DNA from: an uncultured Candidatus Saccharibacteria bacterium
Lineage (GTDB): Bacteria; Patescibacteriota; Minisyncoccia; Phycocordibacterales; UBA2100
NCBI GenBank assembly: GCA_964545165.1
Contig: CAZJEQ010000003.1
Location: forward strand, 52,990 to 116,989
DNA length: 64,000 nt
Direction of reading: 5' to 3'
The translations under genes were made by a program, and so were the position numbers. Positions 1-8,548 of the stretch are shown one piece after another. Under the pieces are notes generated by a model. The model was not told the origin of the DNA. It was given only the letters and a program-made list of their open reading frames with translations, and did no database searches. The first letter of the stretch is position 1, and each line of letters opens with the position of its first letter.

Positions 1-810
1 ATCTTTCAGCGAAAAAAGGCCATACGAGAGCACGACCACGATGGTGAGCGCCGCGACAGATTTTGTGGCTACACGCATAGTCGAATCGGATATCCGCCAC
101 GATGACTTCGCCGGCTCCACGATCTCTTTAAGCTCCATTTTGTGTGGCTGCATTTTTGCAGGTGTGCGTTGAGTAGCCTCAGCAAGTGTGCGGATTTTAA
201 TTGGTGAGACAACAGGGGTGTTGCTTTTGGCGACCGTGGGCATCAGATCATGCCGCTCCTCCTTGAGGTACGTAAGTACAGGACCAGCGCCTGCGTATTC
301 GCCACGTAGTGCCTCAGGAGCGCTAATTCTCGCAAGACCCACCGATTCCACCTGCACCGCTGCAAGGAGCTTGTCCTTGTCGTTTTTATGAGCCACAAGC
401 CCTTCGCGGTCTACGTACCAACGATTTCCTATCTGACGCGAGAGTATTTTGCCCGATCGAGCGAGCTGACCGATGTAATCCTGGTTGTAACCGGTCACTT
501 TTGCTGCCCTGCTGGCCGAAATATAGTCTTTGCCATCAAAAGAGACGATGCTCTCTGGATCGTAGGCTGGGCTGCTCTGCGGTTGCTGTGGCTTAAAATC
601 GGCGGCATTCGCTTTGTAGCCGGTCAGTGAGTCAAGGCGCACATACCACAGACCTCCTACGCGCTGGGCCTCAATAAGCCCCCCGCGGGCCAGCTGGCCA
701 ATATAGTCCTGCGCATAGCCCGTAGCAGCTGCAGCCTTTTTAGAGGATACATAGATCTTGTCTCCGATAGGAAGCTCGTCCGACATAGCGGAAGTATACC
801 GTGCTTCCAT
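1..810 (-). CDS. Partial (3'-truncated at window edge) membrane-anchored protein with two tandem excisionase/MerR-type HTH (HTH_17-like) repeats
   Basis: Hand translation of the minus frame from ATG 810..808 is open to position 1 (270 codons). Two similar repeats (KIYVSSKKAAAATGYAQDYIGQLARGGLIEAQRVGGLWYV and KDYISASRAAKVTGYNQDYIGQLARSGKILSRQIGNRWYV) match the excisionase-family DNA-binding pattern. A hydrophobic segment (VAALTIVVVLSYGLF) lies near the window edge. The ORF track omitted it because no stop falls inside the window. Confidence 0.55.
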   Translation of the reverse strand, partial: MEARYTSAMSDELPIGDKIYVSSKKAAAATGYAQDYIGQLARGGLIEAQRVGGLWYVRLDSLTGYKANAADFKPQQPQSSPAYDPESIVSFDGKDYISASRAAKVTGYNQDYIGQLARSGKILSRQIGNRWYVDREGLVAHKNDKDKLLAAVQVESVGLARISAPEALRGEYAGAGPVLTYLKEERHDLMPTVAKSNTPVVSPIKIRTLAEATQRTPAKMQPHKMELKEIVEPAKSSWRISDSTMRVATKSVAALTIVVVLSYGLFSLKD

Positions 811-861
811 CTCGGCTATCCGATATAGCGCTCAAATACTGTGGATATTAGGAACTCGGAT

Positions 862-946
862 CACCGACTGTTTCAGGGTCGGGTAATTTTCTGCTGAAAA
901 TTCCCTCAGTCTTGCACCGTCGTGCTGCGAAGACCCTAAAACAGTC
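862..946 (-). promoter_or_regulatory. 17-bp imperfect inverted repeat (ccgactgtttcagggtc / gaccctaaaacagtcgg) with a nested 7-bp palindrome, between the gatB stop and the HTH-gene start
   Basis: Seen directly. It could be a gatB terminator or attenuator, or a control element for the downstream HTH gene. Confidence 0.3.
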
Positions 947-972
947 GGTGCATCCTCGTAGAAGCTGGGGGG

Positions 973-2427
973 TTAGGACATCTTCTGCTGGAGAAGATCA
1001 CGGAGCACTTGCGGGTCTCCTGCCCCGCGCAATTGCTTCATGCACTGTCCGAGGAGAAACTCGAGCGCAGCGGCCTTTCCGGCCTTAAAATCAGCCACTA
1101 CGGTTGGATTCTGGTCGATCACCGCTTGTACGGTACCCTCCAGAGCGCCTGCATCTGTTTTCTGAATCAAGTCATGCTGCTCTGCGAGCACTTCGGGATC
1201 TTTGCCCTCAGAGACAACCATGGCAAGTAGATCCTTCGCCGCGCGAGAGGAAACTTTCTTGGCCTTTACGAGATCCATGAGCTTTCTGAAATATTCTGCT
1301 GAGATCGGGGAAATATCCTGTAATTCCGTTTCTCGGATTCCGGTATCTCGGTTCATCAAGTCTTCATTTTTTGAATCTTTCAGAATTTTGACGAGATCAT
1401 TGGCAATGTAGTTGCTTGCAAGCTTTGCCGACTCGGCGTCGTAGCCGTCCGAGACGACGTCGAAGAATGCACCGAGCGCCCTGTCGCGTATGTAGGCCTC
1501 AGTATCCTCCGTACTTATACCAAGTGCCGTATAGCGAGCTCGACGTGCTGCAGGCAATTCTGGGAGCCCCTGTGCGAGCACCGTGGCATCGTAGGCAGGA
1601 ATCTCGCTCAGCATCAAGGAAGGCAGGTCAGGGTCAGGGAAATAGCGATAGTCCGCGCTTCCCTCTTTTACGCGCTGCGAGAAGGTCGCCTGCTTTGCCT
1701 CGTCCCACCCACGCGTCTCCTGCAGCACCGTGCCGCCGCTCTCCAAGACCTGTTCCTGACGTTTTATCTCGTACTCCACCGCTTTTTCCATCGTACGAAA
1801 GGAGTTGAGATTCTTCACCTCTACCTTCGTACCCAAGGTGCCGTCCTTGCTGATGGAAATGTTTGCCTCGACACGCATCTCGCCTTTCTCCATGTTGGCG
1901 TCCGATACGCCGAGGTAGCGGAGCGTGAGCTGCAGCTCACGCGCGAAATCTCCTGCCTGCTTCGCGCTGGTGATGACCGGGTCAGTGACGAGCTCCATGA
2001 GTGGGACACCAGCGCGGTTGTAGTCGATAACCGTCGCACCAGTCTTTTCGTCGTGGATGGAGCTCGCGGTGTCTTCCTCGAGATGAACGCGTGTCACCGC
2101 TACCCCATCGAGCGAGCCGCCGGAAACGAGTGGATACTCAAATTGCGAAAGCTGATACCCTTTCGGCAGATCGGGATAGAAATAATTTTTACGATCGAAT
2201 TCGGTGTAGTCCGCAAGCTTCGCACCCAAAGCGAGACCAACCTTGAGCACGTGCTTGATCGCTTCCCCATTGATAACCGGAAGCGTGCCAGGATGCGCCA
2301 TACAGACGGGGCAGATGTTGACGTTGGGCTCCGCCTCGTTGGCATCGTTTTTCGAGCGACAAAACATCTTGGTGTGCGTCTTGAGCTCGGCGTGAATTTC
2401 AAGACCAATGGTCGGCTGATAGGACAT
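973..2427 (-). CDS. gatB: Asp/Glu-tRNA(Asn/Gln) amidotransferase subunit B
   Basis: Protein MSYQPTIGLEIHAELKT...PVCMAHPGTLPV... matches the GatB family. The start is taken at the ATG 16 codons inside the tracked ORF (973..2475). Confidence 0.9.
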   Translation of the reverse strand: MSYQPTIGLEIHAELKTHTKMFCRSKNDANEAEPNVNICPVCMAHPGTLPVINGEAIKHVLKVGLALGAKLADYTEFDRKNYFYPDLPKGYQLSQFEYPLVSGGSLDGVAVTRVHLEEDTASSIHDEKTGATVIDYNRAGVPLMELVTDPVITSAKQAGDFARELQLTLRYLGVSDANMEKGEMRVEANISISKDGTLGTKVEVKNLNSFRTMEKAVEYEIKRQEQVLESGGTVLQETRGWDEAKQATFSQRVKEGSADYRYFPDPDLPSLMLSEIPAYDATVLAQGLPELPAARRARYTALGISTEDTEAYIRDRALGAFFDVVSDGYDAESAKLASNYIANDLVKILKDSKNEDLMNRDTGIRETELQDISPISAEYFRKLMDLVKAKKVSSRAAKDLLAMVVSEGKDPEVLAEQHDLIQKTDAGALEGTVQAVIDQNPTVVADFKAGKAAALEFLLGQCMKQLRGAGDPQVLRDLLQQKMS

Positions 2428-2640
2428 ATCGCCAAATCTACCAGCCTCTTCCCACGCACTCAATCCCCAACACAAGCTCAGCCCGGTCCTCCCAGTGTTT
2501 GCGGCGCGCGGCGGCGCGGTACCTTTCCCGTCCGCGATGCGCCGACTGCCGCGACAGCAAGCACTCCTCGACCCGCGACAACGAGCCGCTCGGGCAGTCT
2601 CGGGACGCCGACGCAGTTCGCGAAAGATACCGCTCTTTCA

Positions 2641-2701
2641 TGCCGAGATCCGAGATAGAGCGTAGTATAGAGCCATCTCGGATGCCGAGATGGCGAGATC
2701 C
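2641..2701. promoter_or_regulatory. Cluster of CGAGAT / ATCTCGG hexamer repeats including a perfect 9-bp inverted repeat ccatctcgg-atg-ccgagatgg (2673-2693); candidate operator
   Basis: Anchored to ORF 2499..2843. Tandem ccgagat appears at 2643-2656, the inverted repeat at 2673-2693, and another cgagatc at 2694-2700. The site lies ~215-270 nt upstream of the gatB start. Confidence 0.35.
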
Positions 2702-2870
2702 CCTGAAGAACAGATACCGGCGCGGGCGAAGCTTCGCAAATTGCTATCACTCTCGCCTGCACGCGGTTCGGCTCGATAGAGCATGGTCTTGGGAGGAGCA
2801 GTGTGATCGTGCCGAAAATCGCGCGATTCTTACCCTGGCATAGAGCCTTTTGGGAAATCGCGATACAACA

Positions 2871-2912
2871 CACCGAAAAGAAGACCGCAAGCCCTTTTGG
2901 TTCGCGGTCTTC
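2871..2912 (-). terminator. Rho-independent terminator downstream of secA
   Basis: A 9-bp GC-rich stem (gaagaccgc/gcggtcttc) sits ~30 nt after the secA stop. It is followed on the minus strand by TTTTCGGTG. Confidence 0.6.
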
Positions 2913-2941
2913 CCTTTCCGAGTCCTGATTGCGGAGCGCTT

Positions 2942-5470
2942 TTACTGCACAATGCGCCACCCTTTCTTGAGATAGTCCTCTGCTTTTTTGAATTTCATTT
3001 CAAGCGTCTCAGTGCCGTTGGTGATCTGAACTTTGTCATTGCGCGCGAATGATGCAGGAGAGAGCGATGCGCTCTGCGTAACCGAACGCGCAGCATTTTC
3101 TATTGCACGCTGCCCGGGTGCGGCGACCTGCACTGATGCTGCAGGCGCGACGCCGATGTTTGCGAGCGCGGCAAGTGATTGCTCAGCGTACGTCTCTTCC
3201 ATTCGCTGGAATAAACGAAGGCCTTCTTTTTTATATTCGATGAGTGGATCACGCTGACCATACGCGCGAAGATTTACTGAGCTGCGCAAATATTCCATCG
3301 CTTCGAGATGCTCAACCCAGAGAAAGTCGATTCCCTGCAGAAAGAGTCGGCGGACCGACGGGTAGAAATTCTCACCGAGCTCAATGCGCTTTTTGTCGAC
3401 TGCTGCGACCGCATCTGCATCACCAAAGGTGAGCCGCTCCAGCTCCCCTTCCAGATCCTGATCTGCTCCGGTGAGCATCAGCCGGCGGCGCGCATAAATG
3501 CTCTGACGCTGGATGTTGAGGACGTCATCATAGGCGAGCACGTGTTTGCGGGCATCGAAGTTGAGCTCCTCGATTTTGATCTGTGCCTTTTCGAGCGAGC
3601 GCGTAATCATCGAATTGTATATGGGTTCATCCTCAGGAATCTTGAAGGTGCCCATCACCCGTTTGATCATGTCACTGGCGAAAATGCGCATGAGACTGTC
3701 TTCGAGCGAAACGAAGAATTGTGTCTCTCCCGGATCGCCCTGACGGCCGGCGCGGCCGCGAAGCTGGTTGTCGATGCGACGTGCTTCGTGACGCTCCGTG
3801 CCGAGCACGAAAAGACCACCGAGCGCTTTCACCTCTTCGTAGCTTTCCTGCGTGCCAGGATTTCCTCCGAGCTTGATGTCGACGCCGCGACCAGCCATGT
3901 TGGTGGCGATCGTGACGCCTCCTCGCTTGCCTGCCTGCGCGATGATCTCGCCTTCACGCTCGTGATTCTTCGCATTCAATACTTCGTGCGGAATGCCTTC
4001 CTGTTTGAAGTGCGCAGCAAGGAGCTCGTTCTTTTCGACTGAGACGGTACCCACGAGGACCGGCTGCCCCTTTTCGTGGAGCGCTTTGACACTGCGTGCG
4101 ATGGCGCGCATCTTGCCGGATTCCGTCTGGAACATCTGGTCATCCAGATCACGTCGCTCAGCCACCTTATTGGTGGGCACGACCACTGTATTGAGGCCAT
4201 ATACCTTGAAAAACTCTTCTGACGAGGTGGCTGCAGTACCGGTCATACCGGCGAGCTTGCCGTAGAGTCGGAAGTAGTTTTGGAAGGTAATCGAGGCAAA
4301 GGTACGGCTCTCCTGCTGTACCGAGACGCCTTCTTTGGCTTCGATTGCCTGATGCAAGCCATCTGACCAGCGACGGCCCGGCTGGAGGCGGCCAGTGAAC
4401 TCATCGACAATAACAATGGAGCCGTCGCGGACGACGTATTCCTTGTCGTTATGGAAGAGCGCAGCGGCGCGCACGGCAGTTTCCAGATGGTGTGCGAACT
4501 TGATGCTCTGATCGGTATATATATTGTCTATACCGAGTGCCTGCTCTGCCTTCTCGATGCCGTGGTCGGTAAGCGTAATCTGCTTCTGCTTCTCATCGAC
4601 CGCGTAGTCTTCATCTCGTACCATCGTACACGCAATCGTCGCGAATTTGTCGTACAACGACTCAGCGTCGGCCACCGGTGCGGAGATAATCAGAGGGGTG
4701 CGCGCCTCATCGATCAGGATTGAGTCGATTTCGTCGACAATAGCGAAGTTGTAGCCACCCTTTTCAGGAAGGCGTTGGCGCAACTGCTCCTTCTGGTACT
4801 CAAGATTGTCTCGAAGGTAGTCGAAGCCGTATTCATTGTTGGTACCGTATGTGATGTCAGCTTCGTACGCTTCACGACGTGTGACAGGGCGGAGAAAGTC
4901 GTGCATCACCTTAAAACTACCGACAATATCAACTTCCTTCTCTTCCCCTTCGCGCTTTTCATCAGGGATGGCGAGCGGATCATATATAAATGATGCTTCG
5001 TGATTGAGAATACCAACCGTCATGCCGAGCGCATGGTAGACCTGACCCATCCATACTGCATCGCGACGAGAGAGGTAGTCGTTGACAGTGATGACGTGGA
5101 CACCGTTGCCGGTAAGCGCATTGAGGTACGCAGGGAGCGTGGCGACGAGTGTCTTGCCTTCGCCGGTGCGCATCTCAGCAATACCACCCTGGTGCAAAAT
5201 CATGCCACCGATAAGCTGTACATCGAAATGGCGCTGCCCGAGCGTACGGCGAGAGGCCTCACGGACTGCCGCGAATGCCTCAGGGGCCAGGTTATCGAGC
5301 TGCTCACCCTTTTGAAGACGTTGTTTAAACTCTGCGGTCTTCTGCTTCAATTCGTCATTGGTAAGTGCCTGCATGGCACCCTCCAGCGCATTGACCTGCG
5401 GCACAATAGGCTCCGCGCGACGTAGGGCCGCGTGGTTTTCGTCTCCAAATACTCGTTTCAAAAACGACAT
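2942..5470 (-). CDS. secA: Preprotein translocase ATPase SecA
   Basis: 842 aa. The N-terminus (...HFDVQLIGGMILHQGGIAEMRTGEGKTLVATLPAYLNAL) and DEAD-motor motifs match SecA. There is an AGGA motif upstream of the ATG. Confidence 0.95.
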   Translation of the reverse strand: MSFLKRVFGDENHAALRRAEPIVPQVNALEGAMQALTNDELKQKTAEFKQRLQKGEQLDNLAPEAFAAVREASRRTLGQRHFDVQLIGGMILHQGGIAEMRTGEGKTLVATLPAYLNALTGNGVHVITVNDYLSRRDAVWMGQVYHALGMTVGILNHEASFIYDPLAIPDEKREGEEKEVDIVGSFKVMHDFLRPVTRREAYEADITYGTNNEYGFDYLRDNLEYQKEQLRQRLPEKGGYNFAIVDEIDSILIDEARTPLIISAPVADAESLYDKFATIACTMVRDEDYAVDEKQKQITLTDHGIEKAEQALGIDNIYTDQSIKFAHHLETAVRAAALFHNDKEYVVRDGSIVIVDEFTGRLQPGRRWSDGLHQAIEAKEGVSVQQESRTFASITFQNYFRLYGKLAGMTGTAATSSEEFFKVYGLNTVVVPTNKVAERRDLDDQMFQTESGKMRAIARSVKALHEKGQPVLVGTVSVEKNELLAAHFKQEGIPHEVLNAKNHEREGEIIAQAGKRGGVTIATNMAGRGVDIKLGGNPGTQESYEEVKALGGLFVLGTERHEARRIDNQLRGRAGRQGDPGETQFFVSLEDSLMRIFASDMIKRVMGTFKIPEDEPIYNSMITRSLEKAQIKIEELNFDARKHVLAYDDVLNIQRQSIYARRRLMLTGADQDLEGELERLTFGDADAVAAVDKKRIELGENFYPSVRRLFLQGIDFLWVEHLEAMEYLRSSVNLRAYGQRDPLIEYKKEGLRLFQRMEETYAEQSLAALANIGVAPAASVQVAAPGQRAIENAARSVTQSASLSPASFARNDKVQITNGTETLEMKFKKAEDYLKKGWRIVQ

Positions 5471-5522
5471 TCAAGAATCCTACATCAAAAGCGGCGTCTC
5501 CGCGATTTCTTGTTCATGGCAG

Positions 5523-5558
5523 CTATAAAAAGGAAGACCCCGCTTTCGCGGGGTCTTC
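5523..5558 (-). terminator. Strong rho-independent terminator (11-bp stem gaagaccccgc/gcggggtcttc, loop tttc, then CTTTTTATAG on the minus strand)
   Basis: Seen directly. It lies 6 nt after the stop of the tiny ORF and ~50 nt upstream of the secA start. Confidence 0.6.
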
Positions 5559-5564
5559 TACTCA

Positions 5565-5624
5565 CTAGACGCGCTTCTTAGCCTTCTTGGCCTTCTTCTT
5601 CGTCGTCTTCTTTTTCTTTGCCAT
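5565..5624 (-). CDS. Candidate 19-aa lysine-rich peptide MAKKKKTTKKKAKKAKKRV
   Basis: ATG 5624..5622, TAG at 5567..5565. It is immediately followed by the 11-bp-stem terminator. A ~250-bp AT-rich island (5631-5880), unusual in this 60% GC window, lies upstream. It may be a real small basic protein or a chance ORF inside a non-coding transcript. Confidence 0.25.
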   Translation of the reverse strand: MAKKKKTTKKKAKKAKKRV

Positions 5625-5930
5625 ACGATGTAAATGAAATTTGTTTTACTAAACTCGACCCGCTTCGCGCGAAACGCATCAGCGTTTTATAAATTATTGC
5701 ACCGCGCGCGTAACATGATGCGCATTCGTGATAATTATGGGGATAACTTTTCATTTAAAAAAATAATGTGAAAAGAATGAAATTTTGCACGCATGAATGT
5801 ATATTCACGTCATGTACACCCCTTCATGCTTGATGCGTTGCACTGTATCGACAGAATGCTACCCTTCTTATAGGAGAATAAAGGGCGTAGCGTGGAGGGC
5901 GGCGGCACTCACATAAGACTTTCACTTTTT

Positions 5931-6119
5931 GGAGCTCGCACCCGCCTTCCACAGTACGCCTTTTTTATTTCAAAAAAGGCTGTGAAGGCGTGCGAGCTCC
6001 AAAAACGAAAGGGGTCGGGAAAACTGCAGTTTTCCCGTGTAGGAGAGTTTTGAGAACCGAGAGGTTCTCAAAGCGAAGCTTTTTGCGTGCTCGCACCCGC
6101 CTTCCACAGTGCGCCTTTT
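5931..6119. repeat. Block of nested hairpins and direct repeats
   Basis: A 70-nt extended hairpin at 5931-6000 contains an inner 9-bp stem gcctttttt/aaaaaaggc. There are perfect palindromes at 6017-6036 (gggaaaactgcagttttccc) and 6052-6069 (gagaaccgagaggttctc). A 31-nt direct repeat gctcgcacccgccttccacagtRcgcctttt occurs at 5934-5964 and 6089-6119. Positions are anchored to ORF 5990..6292. Confidence 0.5.
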
Positions 6120-6243
6120 CTCTTTGGAGCGACGATAAACGAAAAGTGCCTACCTTGCGGTTGGCACTGATCGGACTTTCTTTTGGAAGCGCCGTTAAGC
6201 ACTCACGTACGAATTCTACTGCTTGGGATGATTTGCGCAACGA

Positions 6244-8475
6244 TTACCGCACCGTACCCGATCGAATTTGTTGGATGAGCGCATCTGCTTGAGCAGCTAC
6301 CGATGGCGAAACACGCTTGGCATCCTGGAGCGCTTCGATCGCACTCGCGCTGTTGCCCCCCTCATAGAAAATTGCCGCGAGCGTGAAGTACGCCTGCACA
6401 TCATCCGGATGTGCGGTGATCTTTGCACGCCATAGTGCCGCTGCTTTCGTGTATTCCTTGCGTTCTATATACACAGAAAGGATGCGCTGATCTGCTGCTT
6501 CCCCCGTCTGTACGAAGGGCGCAATGAGCGATTCACCTTCGGCCGTTTTACCGGCTGCAATGAGCGCCGCCGCGTAGTAGAAGCGTGCGTTCTTATTGGT
6601 CATTTCAAGCTCGTAGGCAATGCGGAAGTATTCAAGCGCCTGCGCATCTTTGCCACGCAATTGTGCGTTTCGCGCGAGTTCAAAATAAATACTCTGCTTC
6701 TCAGGTGACAGATCATGCGCACGCTGCAGTGAGAGCGCCGCGTCATCGTTTTTACTAAATGCTTCTTGCACGAGCCCGAGGAACAAGGGAAATCGCGCAT
6801 CGAGCGGAGACTCTTTCGCCTGGGCCTGCATCTCTGCGACCGCGAGATCGTAAAAGCGCTGTTTAATCTCATTCGATGCGCTCGTCGACTGCACGATCTG
6901 CATGGTACCTTGGGTGAGCTGCTCACGCGCCTCTTGGGTACCAAACGAATGAATCGCGATCGCCTCCTTGAAATACTCGTAATTCTTGCTGATGCCCTCT
7001 GGGTGCTGCGCAACGGCGGAGAGCAGGAGTCGATTTTGCGTCAATGCGCGACCATTCACCCCCCATGCAACGCCCCAGATGACGATGGCAAGGGCGAGCG
7101 CGACATACGGCAACAGCTGCGTAGAGATTTTCGATGATCCAAACAGGTGTTCGGCATTGCGTGCAACACCCGCGCGCTGCGCGATATACGCCAGTACCAG
7201 AGCAAAGAGTATGTAGCTCGTCACGTTGTCGAAGACGAAAAAGTTGTGACAGAGGTACGCCGCGAGCAGGCCCGTGAGAATACTGCGCTCCACAGGAGTG
7301 AATCCCCCACGCCATATGGCCCATGTGGCAGCAGCAAAAATAGAGAGGTATGCGATGAGTCCCAGGAAGCCACCTGCGACGAGCCAATCGAAGACAAAAT
7401 TGTGTACGCGATCGAACCACGGCTCCTGGGCGTACATGCGCGGATCGTAATACTTATCAAACACGATGGCGTAGTTCTCCTGCCCCCAGCCGAGTATCGG
7501 GCGCTCCTTCACACCCTCCCAAGCGATAGACCAGTTGATGAAGCGCGCCTTTACGGTCGCATCTTGGAGCGAAATCGTCGAGAGACGATCAACGAAGACG
7601 ATTTTCTTTGCCCATGCTTGGTCCTTGAGGAGCCAAATACCGCCGGCAAAGAGAATCACCGCAACCACCGCACCTACTGAAATTCTCCAGGCGAGGCGTG
7701 AATTTTTTGACTGGAAGAGTACGAGAAGCGCTGCGAGGAAGACGCCACCGACGAGACCGAGCGTGGTACCGCGCGTACCCGTAAAGAGAAGTGCGAGCGT
7801 ATCAATGGCGATTATCGCCCCATATGCAAGCGAAAGCGGGAGACGCTCCCCCGCACGGCGCTCCTGCCACTGCTGTGCCCAGAGCATCGCCGCGATGAAC
7901 ACATGGAAGAGCATGTACACAGCAAGGTAGATGGGGTTGCCGAAAGTGGCATCAATACGTGCTCCGACACCCGCCGCACCGCCCTGCCCGAGCGTGGTAA
8001 AACCGACTACCTGCAAGAGACCATAGACGGCGAGATAGACGGAGACACCAAGCGATGTCCACCAGAGCGCACGCCAGAGCTTCTCCTTGGTGAGCATTGC
8101 CGACGCGATCACGGTCAACACAAGGACGTGCACGAGCGTGACCCACCCATCCATGCGCTCGAAGTTGCTCCAAATGCTCTTGAAAGGATTGACTCCAAAG
8201 GCATCCGAAATGCCAATGAGCGCCACAAAGATGCCGAGTGCCGCGAGAATCATCGAGCGTCGCGGGCGATATGCGGGATTTACGAGCGCAAGCGCGACAT
8301 ATGCCCCTGCCATGATCTCCACAAGAAAGCGGAAGACGAAATTTTTACCCGTAATATACGGAAAGAAGAGGTTGTAGGGGAAGTGCACTCCGTCAGCCAC
8401 AATCAGGGGCACCACCAGGAGAGCAAAAAGGCTACCGAGAACAATCCAGCGTAAGGTCTTCTCGAGCGTGGTCAT
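6244..8475 (-). CDS. O-antigen ligase/polymerase-like (Wzy_C) polytopic membrane protein with C-terminal TPR repeats
   Basis: Multiple TM helices, a Wzy_C-like central region and a C-terminal TPR-like helical repeat region. ATG at 8475, with an alternative GTG at 8532. Confidence 0.7.
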   Translation of the reverse strand: MTTLEKTLRWIVLGSLFALLVVPLIVADGVHFPYNLFFPYITGKNFVFRFLVEIMAGAYVALALVNPAYRPRRSMILAALGIFVALIGISDAFGVNPFKSIWSNFERMDGWVTLVHVLVLTVIASAMLTKEKLWRALWWTSLGVSVYLAVYGLLQVVGFTTLGQGGAAGVGARIDATFGNPIYLAVYMLFHVFIAAMLWAQQWQERRAGERLPLSLAYGAIIAIDTLALLFTGTRGTTLGLVGGVFLAALLVLFQSKNSRLAWRISVGAVVAVILFAGGIWLLKDQAWAKKIVFVDRLSTISLQDATVKARFINWSIAWEGVKERPILGWGQENYAIVFDKYYDPRMYAQEPWFDRVHNFVFDWLVAGGFLGLIAYLSIFAAATWAIWRGGFTPVERSILTGLLAAYLCHNFFVFDNVTSYILFALVLAYIAQRAGVARNAEHLFGSSKISTQLLPYVALALAIVIWGVAWGVNGRALTQNRLLLSAVAQHPEGISKNYEYFKEAIAIHSFGTQEAREQLTQGTMQIVQSTSASNEIKQRFYDLAVAEMQAQAKESPLDARFPLFLGLVQEAFSKNDDAALSLQRAHDLSPEKQSIYFELARNAQLRGKDAQALEYFRIAYELEMTNKNARFYYAAALIAAGKTAEGESLIAPFVQTGEAADQRILSVYIERKEYTKAAALWRAKITAHPDDVQAYFTLAAIFYEGGNSASAIEALQDAKRVSPSVAAQADALIQQIRSGTVR

Positions 8476-8548
8476 GGCGAAGATTGTACCCCGTAGTAGA
8501 TGTTGGCGAAAGGCGTACCTGGGTAGCGACACTTTAGAGCCGTACTGT

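Noticed and set aside
3308-4042. 244-aa plus-strand ORF, among many other 60-330-aa ORFs in the track
   Set aside because: Antisense to secA. The same reasoning rejects the other long antisense ORFs, for example 20045..21013, 24443..25303, 25394..26224, 50847..51671, 11775..12572, 36560..37198 and 39555..40214.
5934-6119. Mini CRISPR array
   Set aside because: There are only two direct copies of the 31-mer, 154 nt apart. One copy is also inverted nearby, and there are no cas genes.
5931-6240. RNase P RNA, tmRNA, SRP RNA or 6S RNA in the structured block
   Set aside because: I could not find any of the conserved motifs I know for these RNAs (the AGGAAAGUCCGGGCUCC-type P4 region, the tmRNA ends, the SRP GGAAGCAGCC domain). 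It is left as unclassified structured repeats.
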